From an uncultured bacterium (GTDB taxonomy: Bacteria; Actinomycetota; Acidimicrobiia; Spongiisociales; UBA5794): a stretch of 64,000 nt of DNA. The stretch's first letter is position 1; every line of letters begins with the position of its first letter. A program made the translations under genes and the position numbers. The stretch spans positions 608,001 to 672,000 of the forward strand of contig CAWDDT010000004.1 in the NCBI GenBank assembly GCA_963801165.1, in the 5' to 3' direction. Below, in pieces: positions 38,471 to 48,445 of the stretch. A model generated the notes under the pieces. It saw only the letters and a program-made list of their open reading frames with translations, was not told the origin of the DNA and ran no database searches.

Positions 38471-39757
38471 GTGAATACCCTCGATTCCAGGGCCTCAGCC
38501 GCGCTCGGAGCGTCCGACCCCGGCTGGCTCGCCGACCGTCGGGCTGCGGCGCTCGGCTTCTACGAGAAGCTCTCGATGCCATCCTCGAAGGAAGAGGTGT
38601 GGCGGTACGTCGACCTCGATTTCTCAGTAGACGACTTCTCGATTCCGGACCAGCCCGGACCGGCCGGAGTGCTCGACGGCGGGATTGCCGCCTCGTTCCC
38701 GGAAATCGCAGGTTCTCTGCTGATTGTCGACGGTCACGCCGTGTCCGCGGAGCCGGGCTCCTCCGGGGCGATCTTTGCCCCGCTGAGCAGCGTGCTCACC
38801 GACCAGCCCGACTTGCTCCAGCCATACCTCGGGGCGGTAATCCCGGCAGATCTCGACAAGATGGCTGCTGCCCACGCTGCTTTCGGGGGCGAGGGCGGTG
38901 CCCTGGTGGTCCCCAGGGGTGTGGCCGTCGAGGAGCCATTCTTTGTGGATGTCCAGGCCGGCACCAGTGGCGCTGTTTCGTTTCCGCACCTGTCCCTGGT
39001 GGTGGAGGAGTCGTCGCAGGCGTCGGTGGTGATCCGGTATCGCTCCGACGACGACGTCGATGCCCTCGTCATTCCGCAGCTGGAGATCAATATCGGCGCC
39101 AACTCCAGTCTCAAGGTGACGGTGGTCCAGCGTTGGGGGAGGCGGACTCGTGCCATCTCACATGCCCGGGCTGTGATCGGTCGTGATGGATCACTCCACA
39201 TAGGTGAGGCTGGTCTCGGCGGCTCCATCTCGCGGTTGCAGCTCGCCGTTGATCTCCAGGGCGACGGCTCGTCGACGAACGTGATCGGGGCCTACTTCGG
39301 TGACGAGAAGCAGACGCTCGACTACCGCTACACCATGCACCACGAGGGCGTGAACACCAGCAGCGACATGTTCCTGAAGGGCGCAGTCCAGGACGAGGCG
39401 CTGTCTGTTTTCACCGGCATGATCCGGATCGAGGAGGATGCGCAGAAGACCAACGCGTTCCAGACCAACCGCAACCTCATCTTGTCCGACGGCGCTTCGG
39501 CACAGTCTGTCCCGAACCTCGAGATCCTGGCCAATGACGTGCGGTGCGGGCACGGTTCGACGATGGGGCCGCTCGACGGGGAGCAGCGCTACTACCTGAT
39601 GAGCCGCGGTCTGGATGAAGATAGGTCCGACCGGCTGCTCGTGCACGGGTTCTTCAACGAAGCGCTCTCCCGGTTCCCCGAGCCGGCAATCGCCGGCGTG
39701 GTCACGTCGTGGATCGACGCCAAGTACCGTGCCGCACAGGCGGCAGGGAGGGTTTGA
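38471..39757 (+). CDS. sufD: Fe-S cluster assembly protein SufD
   Basis: AGGAG RBS, GTG start; EEVWRY.D, SVFTG.I.I...AQKT.A.Q.NRNL.LS, S.PNLEI..NDV.CGHG.T.G, YYL.SRG. Confidence 0.93.
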   Translation: MNTLDSRASAALGASDPGWLADRRAAALGFYEKLSMPSSKEEVWRYVDLDFSVDDFSIPDQPGPAGVLDGGIAASFPEIAGSLLIVDGHAVSAEPGSSGAIFAPLSSVLTDQPDLLQPYLGAVIPADLDKMAAAHAAFGGEGGALVVPRGVAVEEPFFVDVQAGTSGAVSFPHLSLVVEESSQASVVIRYRSDDDVDALVIPQLEINIGANSSLKVTVVQRWGRRTRAISHARAVIGRDGSLHIGEAGLGGSISRLQLAVDLQGDGSSTNVIGAYFGDEKQTLDYRYTMHHEGVNTSSDMFLKGAVQDEALSVFTGMIRIEEDAQKTNAFQTNRNLILSDGASAQSVPNLEILANDVRCGHGSTMGPLDGEQRYYLMSRGLDEDRSDRLLVHGFFNEALSRFPEPAIAGVVTSWIDAKYRAAQAAGRV

Positions 39758-40074
39758 TGGCCCGGGTTCGGATTGCACCCCTCGCCGATTTTCCCGACGA
39801 GGCGGGGCTTCGTGTCGACGTGGGCGATCACCGGATCGCAATGTTCCGCGTCGGCGAGGCAATTTACGCTCTCGGCGACCGGTGCAGCCACGCCGAGGCG
39901 TCACTCTCGGAGGGCGAGGTGTTCGACGACGAGGTCGAATGCCCCCGCCACGGCGCTGTCTTCGGGTTGGCCGACGGCGAGCCGCGGGCCCTACCCGCCA
40001 CCAGCCCTGTGCCCACATACAAGGTCGACGTCGAAGATGACGTCGTCTACCTGATCATCGACGAGGTGTTCTGA
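39757..40074 (+). CDS. Rieske (2Fe-2S) ferredoxin
   Basis: CSH...CPRHG..F motifs; TGATG coupling to sufD. Confidence 0.92.
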   Translation: MARVRIAPLADFPDEAGLRVDVGDHRIAMFRVGEAIYALGDRCSHAEASLSEGEVFDDEVECPRHGAVFGLADGEPRALPATSPVPTYKVDVEDDVVYLIIDEVF

Positions 40075-40838
40075 TGTCGCTCGCACTGCAAGTATCCAAT
40101 GTCCGCGCGTCTCTTGGGGATCTCGAGATCCTCAAAGGCATTGATCTCGAGATCCCTTTCGGCGAGGTGCATGCGCTGATGGGACCGAACGGGTCTGGGA
40201 AGTCGACGTTGTGTCACGTGCTGATGGGCAAGGACGAGTATTCGTCGTCGGGGTCGGCGCTGGTCGGGGGAACTGAGATCATTGGCCTGCCGGTCCAAGA
40301 CCGTGCCCGGGCTGGTCTCTTTGAGGCGTTCCAGTACCCGGTGGAGGTGCCGGGAGTGGCCCTCAGCGACCTCGTCCGTGAGATGGGCGAGGTGCGTGCC
40401 GATCCCGGGTTTGACGATCGGGTTTCGGTCCTCGCCGAATCGCTCGACATGGCCAGGTTCATGGAGCGGTCGGTCAACGGTGGGCTCTCCGGCGGGGAGA
40501 AGAAGCGTTCCGAGATGTTTCAGCTGGCGCTGTCACAGCCCAAGGTGGCGATTCTCGACGAGATCGACTCCGGTTTGGACATAGACGCGGTGCGGGAGGT
40601 TGCCGGCCTGGTCGAGGAACTGAGGAGCGACGACCTCGGCATCGTCATCATCACCCATTACAGCCGCATCCTGCGGTACATGAACGTCGACAAGATCCAC
40701 GTGATGGTGGCAGGCAAGGTGGTGCTTAGCGGCGGTCCCGAGATTGCTGCTGAGCTCGAGGCGAGCGGCTACGTCGATCTCCAGGACGGTGGGGCCACGG
40801 TGCCGGAACCGAAGGTGCGAACCCCGTTCGACATCTGA
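40074..40838 (+). CDS. sufC: Fe-S assembly ATPase SufC, paralog 1
   Basis: MGPNGSGKSTL, FQYPVEVPGV, LSGGEKKR, ILDEIDSGLDIDA, ITHY.RIL. Confidence 0.9.
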   Translation: MSLALQVSNVRASLGDLEILKGIDLEIPFGEVHALMGPNGSGKSTLCHVLMGKDEYSSSGSALVGGTEIIGLPVQDRARAGLFEAFQYPVEVPGVALSDLVREMGEVRADPGFDDRVSVLAESLDMARFMERSVNGGLSGGEKKRSEMFQLALSQPKVAILDEIDSGLDIDAVREVAGLVEELRSDDLGIVIITHYSRILRYMNVDKIHVMVAGKVVLSGGPEIAAELEASGYVDLQDGGATVPEPKVRTPFDI

Positions 40839-40919
40839 ACTCGACCCGACGATCTGCAAACCGAGGGTTGAGATCTGACCCGGGGCGTTAAGCTCAAGCG
40901 ACACCGACCCCGGAGACAC

Positions 40920-41342
40920 GTGGATGAGCTGACCTACACCTTCGACAACCCGGCTGATGCGAGCCGGTATCTCCGCGAGATCGGTGTGCTGTGGGGAGCC
41001 TGGGTGGTGGGCCTGGCCGGTCTGCTCGTCACCGACGCGCTTCTGCTTATCGTGTGGGGTGTTGTCGTCATCGCGGCGCTGGTATACCTCGCCCGTCCCA
41101 TTCAGCGGCGAGCGGAGCGGTTGGTGCCGGACAACAAGATCGAGTCCAGCCGTCTCGAGGGGCTCTTCCGGGGTGGGACCACTCGCGACCGGGCGATCCG
41201 TGATCTTGCGTACGGCGCCGAGCCGCTTCGGGCTGCGTTGAGCACGGCAGGGCTGAGCGAGAGGTGGATGACGCTCCGGCAGGTGATCATCGCACTTTCC
41301 CTCCTTGCGCTGATCTACGTGCTCGCCAACCCGATACCGTGA
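40920..41342 (+). CDS. small membrane hypothetical protein (about 3 TM)
   Basis: GGAG RBS, GTG start, hydrophobic segments, overlaps next gene. Confidence 0.7.
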   Translation: MDELTYTFDNPADASRYLREIGVLWGAWVVGLAGLLVTDALLLIVWGVVVIAALVYLARPIQRRAERLVPDNKIESSRLEGLFRGGTTRDRAIRDLAYGAEPLRAALSTAGLSERWMTLRQVIIALSLLALIYVLANPIP

Positions 41343-42130
41343 ACGGGGCGGGCCGGTTTGGAGTCGGTTTCCTCATCGGTGTCATACTGGTATCGGCCGT
41401 GACGACCCGCCTCGCCGGCGACGAGGCCACTACGACTACGGAACCGCAGACGAGCCTCGGTACCACTCCGACGACGATCGAGCCCTGGTTCGAACCCGGT
41501 GAGGTGATGATCGGGGCCACGGCGCTCCTGCCGGGGTCACTCGACGTCAAAGACGGCATCGTTACCTTCCACTACGACCTCGTTGGGCTGGCTCCCACGC
41601 TGGTTGAGAACGAAACGGCGCCGGGCCTGGCAATGCCGGCCGGCGACGTCCTCGAGTTTCCCGAGATCTGGCAGCTCACCACGGAGTCGGGCAAGACGGT
41701 CGGTTCCAGTACCGGCCCGTGGGACTCCTCAGTCAGGTTCGAGATGCCGTCTCCCGACGACGAGGTAGCTTCGATCACGCTCACCGGATGGCGTGTCCTC
41801 ATTCACATCGGCGATTCGGTGAGCGTGCCCCTCGAGAACGGGGCGTCGGGCGAGCTGCGGCGGGGAACGGTAACAGTGTCGGCGGTGCTGGAGCAGAGCA
41901 TCTCGACCGTTGTCCATATTGACTTCGAGGGTGCCGAGGATCCGTGGCAGGTCCGGGTAGACCTTCGTCCCCTGGATCCGCATTGGAATGTCTCTAGCCG
42001 TCAAGCTGGTATGCAACTGACCTGGAACGGTACCGACCCACCTCCTACCATCGTGCTTGAAGACGCCGGGTACGACTTGGTTCCCGTTTCCGGCTCGCTC
42101 CTGGTCTACGACGCGGCGGCAACGCCGTGA
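41339..42130 (+). CDS. membrane-anchored hypothetical protein
   Basis: GTGA overlaps at both ends; N-terminal TM, Thr linker, beta-rich domain. Confidence 0.7.
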   Translation: MNGAGRFGVGFLIGVILVSAVTTRLAGDEATTTTEPQTSLGTTPTTIEPWFEPGEVMIGATALLPGSLDVKDGIVTFHYDLVGLAPTLVENETAPGLAMPAGDVLEFPEIWQLTTESGKTVGSSTGPWDSSVRFEMPSPDDEVASITLTGWRVLIHIGDSVSVPLENGASGELRRGTVTVSAVLEQSISTVVHIDFEGAEDPWQVRVDLRPLDPHWNVSSRQAGMQLTWNGTDPPPTIVLEDAGYDLVPVSGSLLVYDAAATP

Positions 42131-43059
42131 GCCGGATCGACTACGAAGAGCTACTTCGCTCCCCACTGGACGACCTGGACTCGCGGCCACCGTCGCGGGT
42201 AGCGCCGTTGGTGAGCGGCCTCGTCGTCGGTCTGCTCACCGCTTATCTGGTTTTCACTCTGCTGGGGGGCGACGGAGGAGCCGTTGCAGAGGCTCCGCCG
42301 GAAACGACGACCACGACGGTGACGGCCGCAGCAGTCGCGCCGGAATATGCGGCAGGCTACGTCGAGTATGCGCCGGATCTGGCCGCTCGTCCGGAGAAGA
42401 TCGTCGTCGAGGACAACGTAGTGACCGTGGCCTTCACGAGTGTGGTAGCCCGTGGCGCCGACCCCGCGACGACACCCTGGCCACACGGTGGGTCATGGTC
42501 GCTGGAAACCGCCGCCGGGGTGGCGCTCAGGTCCGATCTGGTCGAGTTTGGCGTCTCAAGTCCGGGGGCGTTCTCGGTTCGATTTCCTGCTGCCACGCTC
42601 GGGCCTGGCGAGTTCGATACAGTCCGTCTGCTCGAGCGATGGGACACTGATGAGCTCACGGCGACGGTTTCGCTGCCGTTCGTTGGGGAGCCGATGCGGA
42701 TCGACGAGCCGTTGTCGGTTCCGTTGAGTGAGGAAGTGACTCTGCTGATACCGACTTTGGAGTTGGGGCGCTATCAGGGGTCGATCGACTGGACCATCAG
42801 CGGCGCAGAACTGGGGGCGACGGTGACCTGTGTCGCCAGGCTGCGCGATGGCGACGGCGGTCTCGTGGGAACGTACGAGGCGTCACCGTCGGTCGACGCT
42901 CTGAGCCAGAGCGGACGGATCGATCTCGACTGGCAGCGGCCGTTCGCCGACACCCAGGAGGGTGCCGTGACCGTCGACCTGGAGTGGGTCGTGGACGCCG
43001 CCACGGCCACGCCGACGGCCGTCGAGTTCTCGCTCGATGGAGTGGCGGTGGGCGCGTGA
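42127..43059 (+). CDS. membrane-anchored hypothetical protein
   Basis: N-terminal TM, TTTTT linker, beta-rich domain; architecture like preceding gene. Confidence 0.72.
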   Translation: MSRIDYEELLRSPLDDLDSRPPSRVAPLVSGLVVGLLTAYLVFTLLGGDGGAVAEAPPETTTTTVTAAAVAPEYAAGYVEYAPDLAARPEKIVVEDNVVTVAFTSVVARGADPATTPWPHGGSWSLETAAGVALRSDLVEFGVSSPGAFSVRFPAATLGPGEFDTVRLLERWDTDELTATVSLPFVGEPMRIDEPLSVPLSEEVTLLIPTLELGRYQGSIDWTISGAELGATVTCVARLRDGDGGLVGTYEASPSVDALSQSGRIDLDWQRPFADTQEGAVTVDLEWVVDAATATPTAVEFSLDGVAVGA

Positions 43060-43814
43060 GCGAGGATCTGACCGCCCTGCTTGCATCCGCCGGGCGGATC
43101 CTTGTGTTCACCGGGGCGGGGATATCGACGCCGAGCGGCATCCCCGACTACCGCGGGCCGCAAGGGGTGTGGAAGACCCGCACCCCCGTGTATTACCACG
43201 AGTTCATGACGTCGGCGGAGCGCCGGCGGGCCTACTGGCAGCAGAAGATGGAGGACGCCGGCACGTGGGGCGCCGCACCGCCGAACCCGGTGCACCACGC
43301 GATCGTCCGGCTCGAGCGGGTCGCGAAGGTGGAGATGGTGGTCACTCAGAATGTGGACGGCCTGCATTCGGCTGCCGGCACGAGCCGCGGAAAGCTGGTC
43401 GAGATCCACGGCACCAACCGCGAAGTCGAATGCCAGACGTGCCGGGAGCGGACGCAACCAGAACCGCATTTTGCGAGCTTCCGGGACACAGGGGAGCCGC
43501 CGGTGTGCCATTGTGGCGGGTTCCTCAAGCCGGCGACGATCAGCTTCGGACAGGACTTGAGAGCGGACGAGATAGCACGGGCCTACGAAGCTGCCGAGCA
43601 TTGCGACCTCGTCGTGGCGCTCGGGTCAACGCTCACCGTCAACCCGGCCGCCTCGATTCCGCTCTATGCCACCCAGCGGGGCACGCCATACGTGATCATC
43701 AACCGGGGTCCGACCGATCACGATCGGCGCTCGGTGGTGACGCTGCGAATCGAGGGCGACGTCGTCGAGGTCTTCCCGCCGGCAGTCGACCGGGCACTCT
43801 CTACGCAGCGTTAG
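43056..43814 (+). CDS. cobB: Sir2-family NAD-dependent deacylase
   Basis: [47 protein letters not shown]...T. Confidence 0.9.
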   Translation: MSEDLTALLASAGRILVFTGAGISTPSGIPDYRGPQGVWKTRTPVYYHEFMTSAERRRAYWQQKMEDAGTWGAAPPNPVHHAIVRLERVAKVEMVVTQNVDGLHSAAGTSRGKLVEIHGTNREVECQTCRERTQPEPHFASFRDTGEPPVCHCGGFLKPATISFGQDLRADEIARAYEAAEHCDLVVALGSTLTVNPAASIPLYATQRGTPYVIINRGPTDHDRRSVVTLRIEGDVVEVFPPAVDRALSTQR

Positions 43815-43845
43815 TCTCGGGACAGGTCCAGCGAGGAGAACAGCG

Positions 43846-45234
43846 ATGCGCATCGAGCGCGATTCCATGGGCGAGGTCCAGGTTCCGGACGACGCCTACT
43901 ACGGCGCTTCGACACAGCGCGCCGTCGACAACTTCCCCATCTCCGATCTGCGGTTCAGCCGGCGCTTCATCTGGGCGCTCGGGTTGTTGAAGGGATCCGC
44001 AGCTCGTGTGTCGGGTCCCTCTGGATACGTCGACACGGCTAAGGCGGACGCCATCGCCGCCGCCGCCGATGAGGTGCGCGACGGTGACTTCGATCACCAA
44101 TTCGTGCTCGACATCTTTCAGACGGGATCGGGCACCTCGACCAACACGAACGCCAACGAGGTCATCGCGCATCGAGCATCGGAGCTGATCAGCGGCGACT
44201 TCCTGTCCAAGGACGTTCACCCCAACGATCACGTCAACTTCGGTCAGTCGTCCAACGACGTCATCCCGGCCGCCATCCATATCGCGGCGGTCGCCGCCAT
44301 CCGTGAGGACCTGATCCCTGCGCTCGACAAGCTGGGTGGGGCGCTGCGAGCCAAGGCGGAGGAGTTCGAAGATGTGGTCAAGTCGGGCCGGACGCACCTC
44401 ATGGATGCCACTCCGGTGACCCTCGGCCAGGAGTTCGGCGGATACGCCACGCAAATCGAGAAGGGCAAGGAGCGCATCGAGAGGATCCTGCCCGAGCTGG
44501 AGGAGCTGGCCCTGGGCGGCACGGCGGTTGGCACCGGGCTGAACGCCCCGAACGGGTTTCCGGCAGCGGTGATCGCCGACATCGCGGCAATCACGGGCTA
44601 TCCGTTTCGGGAGGCCGGCAACCATTTCGAAGCCCAGGCAGCCAAGGATGCGGCTGTGAGTACCTCCGGTGGCCTCAAGACCGTCGCCACTTCTATGTTC
44701 AAGATCGCCAACGACCTGCGCTGGCTGTCGAGCGGTCCCCGGACGGGTATCGCAGAGATCCAGTTGCCGTCTCTGCAGCCGGGCTCGTCGATCATGCCGG
44801 GAAAGGTGAACCCGGTGATGTCTGAGATGGTCATGCAGGTTGCGGCGCAGGTCATCGGCAACGACGTCGCCATCACCTGGGGTGGCGCCAACGGCAACTT
44901 CGAGCTCAACGTGATGATGCCGGTCATCGCCTACAACCTGCTCCAGTCGATCAGCCTGCTCGCCAATGCCGCGGACAACTTCGCCGACAAGTGCGTGGCC
45001 GGCATCGTCGCCAACGCCGACCGGGCTCGTGAGCTCGTTGAGCGCAACATCATCGTGGTCACTGCGCTCAACCCGCACATCGGCTACGACAAGGGTGCGA
45101 TCGCCGCGAAAGAGGCATTCGCCACGGGCCGTAACGTCGCCGACGTAGTAGTCGACAAGGGCTGGCTCACCAGAGAGCAGGTCACAGAGCTGCTCGACAT
45201 CAAGCGATTGACAGAAGGCGGGGTCGTCGCCTGA
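43846..45234 (+). CDS. fumC: class II fumarate hydratase
   Basis: [54 protein letters not shown]. Confidence 0.95.
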   Translation: MRIERDSMGEVQVPDDAYYGASTQRAVDNFPISDLRFSRRFIWALGLLKGSAARVSGPSGYVDTAKADAIAAAADEVRDGDFDHQFVLDIFQTGSGTSTNTNANEVIAHRASELISGDFLSKDVHPNDHVNFGQSSNDVIPAAIHIAAVAAIREDLIPALDKLGGALRAKAEEFEDVVKSGRTHLMDATPVTLGQEFGGYATQIEKGKERIERILPELEELALGGTAVGTGLNAPNGFPAAVIADIAAITGYPFREAGNHFEAQAAKDAAVSTSGGLKTVATSMFKIANDLRWLSSGPRTGIAEIQLPSLQPGSSIMPGKVNPVMSEMVMQVAAQVIGNDVAITWGGANGNFELNVMMPVIAYNLLQSISLLANAADNFADKCVAGIVANADRARELVERNIIVVTALNPHIGYDKGAIAAKEAFATGRNVADVVVDKGWLTREQVTELLDIKRLTEGGVVA

Positions 45235-45258
45235 TTGGCGCTGGGCGACCAATCAGAT

Positions 45259-45489
45259 TCTTTCCTCTCCCTTTGGGAGAGGATGCCGAGCGGAGCGAAG
45301 GCAGGTGAGGGCCTTTCCTCTTTCCTCTTTCCTCTCCCTTTGGGAGAGGATGCCGAGCGGAGCGAAGGCAGGTGAGGGCCTTGGTTGTCGCACGGTTCGC
45401 CAGGTGGGCCACCGGGTGAGTTCGAAGCCCAACTCGAACCTGACTGAAGGTCAGGCGATGGCAGGTGAGGGCCTTGGTTGTCGCACGGT
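45259..45489. repeat. REP/BIME-like composite: two 57-bp palindromic units plus a 30-bp direct repeat
   Basis: 45259-45315 = 45326-45382, each with CCTCTCCC-TTT-GGGAGAGG; GGCAGGTGAGGGCCTTGGTTGTCGCACGGT at 45367-45396 and 45460-45489. Confidence 0.9.
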
Positions 45490-45565
45490 GTCGCAGGACG
45501 GTGGGGCGTTCCCGTCGGGGCTAAACGGCGAGTAGCTTTCGGACCGGTAGCGATCGGGAGGGTGG

Positions 45566-46147
45566 ATGGAGACCAAGCGGCTAGAGGCGTTCAGCGATGG
45601 GGTACTCGCCATCCTCATCACCATCATGGTGCTCGAGCTGAGGGTGCCCGAAGGGGACGATCTGTCGTCGCTACGGGGCCTGTGGCCGGTGTTTCTCAGT
45701 TACGTGCTCAGCTTCGTCTTCCTGGCCATCTACTGGAACAACCATCACCACCTCCTTGCCGCGGCCAGGCGGGTGAATGGTGCGGTGATGTGGTCGAACA
45801 TCCACCTCCTGTTCTGGCTGTCGCTGGTGCCGTTCGTTACCGGCTGGATGGGCGAGAACCGGTTCGCACCGGTGCCCACCGCCGCTTACGGAGTCATCCT
45901 GCTGCTGGCGGCGATCGCTTACGTCATCCTCCAGGGCCGGATTCTGGCGCTGGAGGGGCCGGACTCGACCCTTGCACGCGCCGTCGGAACCGACTGGAAG
46001 GGGAAGCTGTCGCCCGTCCTGTATGCGGTCGCCATTCCATCGGCGTTCATCCACCAGGCGATCGCAGGCGGGCTGTACGCGGCGGTGGCGCTGATCTGGT
46101 TGATTCCCGACCGCCGCATCGAGCGCGCCCTCGCCGACGCCCCGTGA
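45566..46147 (+). CDS. TMEM175-family potassium channel
   Basis: RLEAFSDGV.AI.ITIMVLEL..P, SY.LSF....YW.NHH, LF..SL.PF.T. Confidence 0.92.
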   Translation: METKRLEAFSDGVLAILITIMVLELRVPEGDDLSSLRGLWPVFLSYVLSFVFLAIYWNNHHHLLAAARRVNGAVMWSNIHLLFWLSLVPFVTGWMGENRFAPVPTAAYGVILLLAAIAYVILQGRILALEGPDSTLARAVGTDWKGKLSPVLYAVAIPSAFIHQAIAGGLYAAVALIWLIPDRRIERALADAP

Positions 46148-46187
46148 GCCTCCTGGATTCGTCACCGCGGCGATCCGTGCCAGACTC

Positions 46188-46253
46188 ACAGTGACGCTTG
46201 GAAACAGTGACGCTAGGAAACAGTGACGCTAGGAAACAGTGACGCTCAGGAAA
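46188..46253. repeat. 16-bp tandem repeat ACAGTGACGCT(A/T)GGAA, 4 copies
   Basis: Units at 46188, 46204, 46220, 46236; last unit supplies the AGGA RBS of pncB. Confidence 0.93.
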
Positions 46254-46260
46254 GATAACA

Positions 46261-47805
46261 ATGACCATTGATTTCGGCCGGGTGCGTGAGGGAATGCTGT
46301 TCACTGATCAATACCAGCTCACCATGGCGCAGCTGTACTTCCGTAGGGGGCTCCACGAGCGGTCGGCGGAGTTCGACTATTACTTCCGCCGCTACCCCGA
46401 CTACGGGCGGCATCAGGCAGGCTATGCGGTCTTTGCCGGGTTGGACCCGCTGCTGGAGTGGATGGAGGAGGTCCACTTCACGGACGTGGATCTGTCTCTG
46501 TTGCGCAGCCAGACCAGCGCAACCGGGGAGCGGAGGTTCGATGAGGACTTCCTCCAGTGGCTGGCCGACAACGGGAGCTTCGGCCAGGTTGTGATCAAGG
46601 CCGTTCCCGAAGGCAGGATCGTCCACGCCAACGCACCGATCGCACTCGTCCAGGGCCCGCTCGCCATCGTCCAGATCCTCGAGACGTCGCTGCTGAACCA
46701 TCTCAACTACCCAACTCTGATCGCCACGAAGGCATCACGTATCCACGAGGCGGCAGGCGGCCGACCCGCGCTGGAGTTCGGGATGCGGCGCGGCCCGGCT
46801 TCAGGCGCAAACCCGGGTGGGCGGGCCGCCCTCATCGGTGGCGCTGATTTCACATCGAACGTTGCGGTCTCCCACCAGATGGGTGTCGACCCGAAGGGGA
46901 CCCATGCTCACTCGATGGTTCAGGTGTTCATGGCGCTCGGTGAGGGCGAGTTGGAGGCCTTCCGGGCCTATGCCGACGTCTACCCGGACGACTGCATCCT
47001 TCTCGTGGACACCATCAACACCCTCAGGTCGGGGGTGCCCAACGCCATCAAGGTGTTCGAGGAGATGCGTGCCTCAGGGCATGAACCGGTCGGCATCCGG
47101 CTCGACTCGGGCGACCTCGCCTACTTGAGCATCGAGGCGGCCGAGATGCTCGACGCTGCGGGGTTTGAGAACGTTCAGATCGTCCTGTCCGGCAACCTGG
47201 ACGAGCTCGAGATCTGGCAGATCAGGGCGCAGATCCTCGACGAGTTCGCCCGGGCCGGCAGGGATCCGTCCCATCTCATGGGTAGGCTCGTCTACGGGGT
47301 CGGGACCAGGCTGATCACATCTCAAGGTCACGAGGCGCTAGACGGTGTCTACAAGCTGGTGGCGCTGCGCGATGGCGACGAATGGGTGCCTGCCATAAAG
47401 GTCTCGGATAGCCCGGAGAAGGTACCGATTCCGGGAGACAAGCAGATCTGGCGTGTCTACGACCGGAGGGGGCGGGCCACGGCCGATGTGATCGGCACGG
47501 CCGATGAGACATTCCCGAGTGGCGACGTCATGCTTCACCACCCTCACCGTATCGGGGTGAGCCGGGTCATCGAGGGCAAAGACATCACCCGGATCGAGGA
47601 CCTGGTGGTCGAGGTGTTCCGCGCCGGCAAGCGGGTTGGCGTGTCCCCGGATCTCGCCGAGATGCGGGCCCGCAGGATCGACGATCTTGACAGGCTCGAT
47701 GTCGGTGTCCGCCGTCTGGTGAACCCGCACATCTACCACGTCTCCCTCACCGGCAAGATGAAGCAACTCCAGCTGGACCTGATCGCCGAAGCCAGAGGCA
47801 AGTGA
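46261..47805 (+). CDS. pncB: nicotinate phosphoribosyltransferase
   Basis: TDQYQLTM, ET.LLN..N..TLIATKA.R, EFG.RR, TSNV, GTHAHS, LVDT, GIRLDSGDL, GVGT.L, GVYKL. Confidence 0.93.
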   Translation: MTIDFGRVREGMLFTDQYQLTMAQLYFRRGLHERSAEFDYYFRRYPDYGRHQAGYAVFAGLDPLLEWMEEVHFTDVDLSLLRSQTSATGERRFDEDFLQWLADNGSFGQVVIKAVPEGRIVHANAPIALVQGPLAIVQILETSLLNHLNYPTLIATKASRIHEAAGGRPALEFGMRRGPASGANPGGRAALIGGADFTSNVAVSHQMGVDPKGTHAHSMVQVFMALGEGELEAFRAYADVYPDDCILLVDTINTLRSGVPNAIKVFEEMRASGHEPVGIRLDSGDLAYLSIEAAEMLDAAGFENVQIVLSGNLDELEIWQIRAQILDEFARAGRDPSHLMGRLVYGVGTRLITSQGHEALDGVYKLVALRDGDEWVPAIKVSDSPEKVPIPGDKQIWRVYDRRGRATADVIGTADETFPSGDVMLHHPHRIGVSRVIEGKDITRIEDLVVEVFRAGKRVGVSPDLAEMRARRIDDLDRLDVGVRRLVNPHIYHVSLTGKMKQLQLDLIAEARGK

Positions 47806-47876
47806 CTCCATCGTTCCGACGTACACCACGCCTACATCCAGGCACGAGGTCCGCACGACGACGGGAAGGGGGTTGG

Positions 47877-48323
47877 TCAGCCGGCGTGCTGGAGGGCGTC
47901 GGCGAGGGTCGTCCAGGGAAGATCGGCGCACTTGATCCGTACCGGGAACTTGCGGACGCCTTGAAGCGCCTCGAGGTCGCCGAGCACGGCACCGGGACGG
48001 GCCGGATCGACCGGGCTCTCACCGTCCTCGATCGCCATCATCCGCTTGAACAGCGAGGTCAGCTCGCGTACCTCGTCGAGTGATTTCCCCACGATGGCGT
48101 CTGCCATCATCGATCCCGACGCCTGTGAGATGGAGCAACCCTGACCTTGTGTGCCGACGCCGACGACCACGCTGTCCTGCACCGTTACGTCGAGCGAGAA
48201 CTCGTCGCCGCACGAGGGGTTCAACCCTTCGGCATGGAACTGGGCATCATCCAACTTTCCCCGATGTCTGGGGTTGCGGTAGTGATCCAGGATCACTTCT
48301 CTGTATAGCTCTTCGAGTGCCAT
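47877..48323 (-). CDS. sufU: SUF sulfur-transfer protein SufU
   Basis: LY.EVILDHY.NP, NPSCGDE, GCSISQAS.S.M, FPVRIKCA.L.W. Confidence 0.95.
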   Translation of the reverse strand: MALEELYREVILDHYRNPRHRGKLDDAQFHAEGLNPSCGDEFSLDVTVQDSVVVGVGTQGQGCSISQASGSMMADAIVGKSLDEVRELTSLFKRMMAIEDGESPVDPARPGAVLGDLEALQGVRKFPVRIKCADLPWTTLADALQHAG

Positions 48324-48445
48324 TTCGTCTTTGCTTGGTTTGTGAGTACACAACGATACCGTCGGTCGTCCCCGGTCGAAACCGGGAGGGGCCCGTTGCC
48401 CGGTGTGCGCTGCGTCTCGCCACTGCCAAAGCGAGGGCGGCCGGG

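Noticed and set aside
43056-43814. Sir2-based anti-phage defence system
   Set aside because: Classical zinc-binding CobB-type deacylase in housekeeping context with no defence partners.
45397-45459. tRNA-like cloverleaf (GTTCGAAGCCC resembles a T-loop)
   Set aside because: Too short, no proper acceptor, D or anticodon arms; kept only as part of the repeat composite.
48324-48445. Regulatory RNA between sufS and sufU
   Set aside because: Only short hairpins (CCCGGT-TTCG-ACCGGG) and a TATCGT -10-like element; consistent with an internal promoter or stabiliser.
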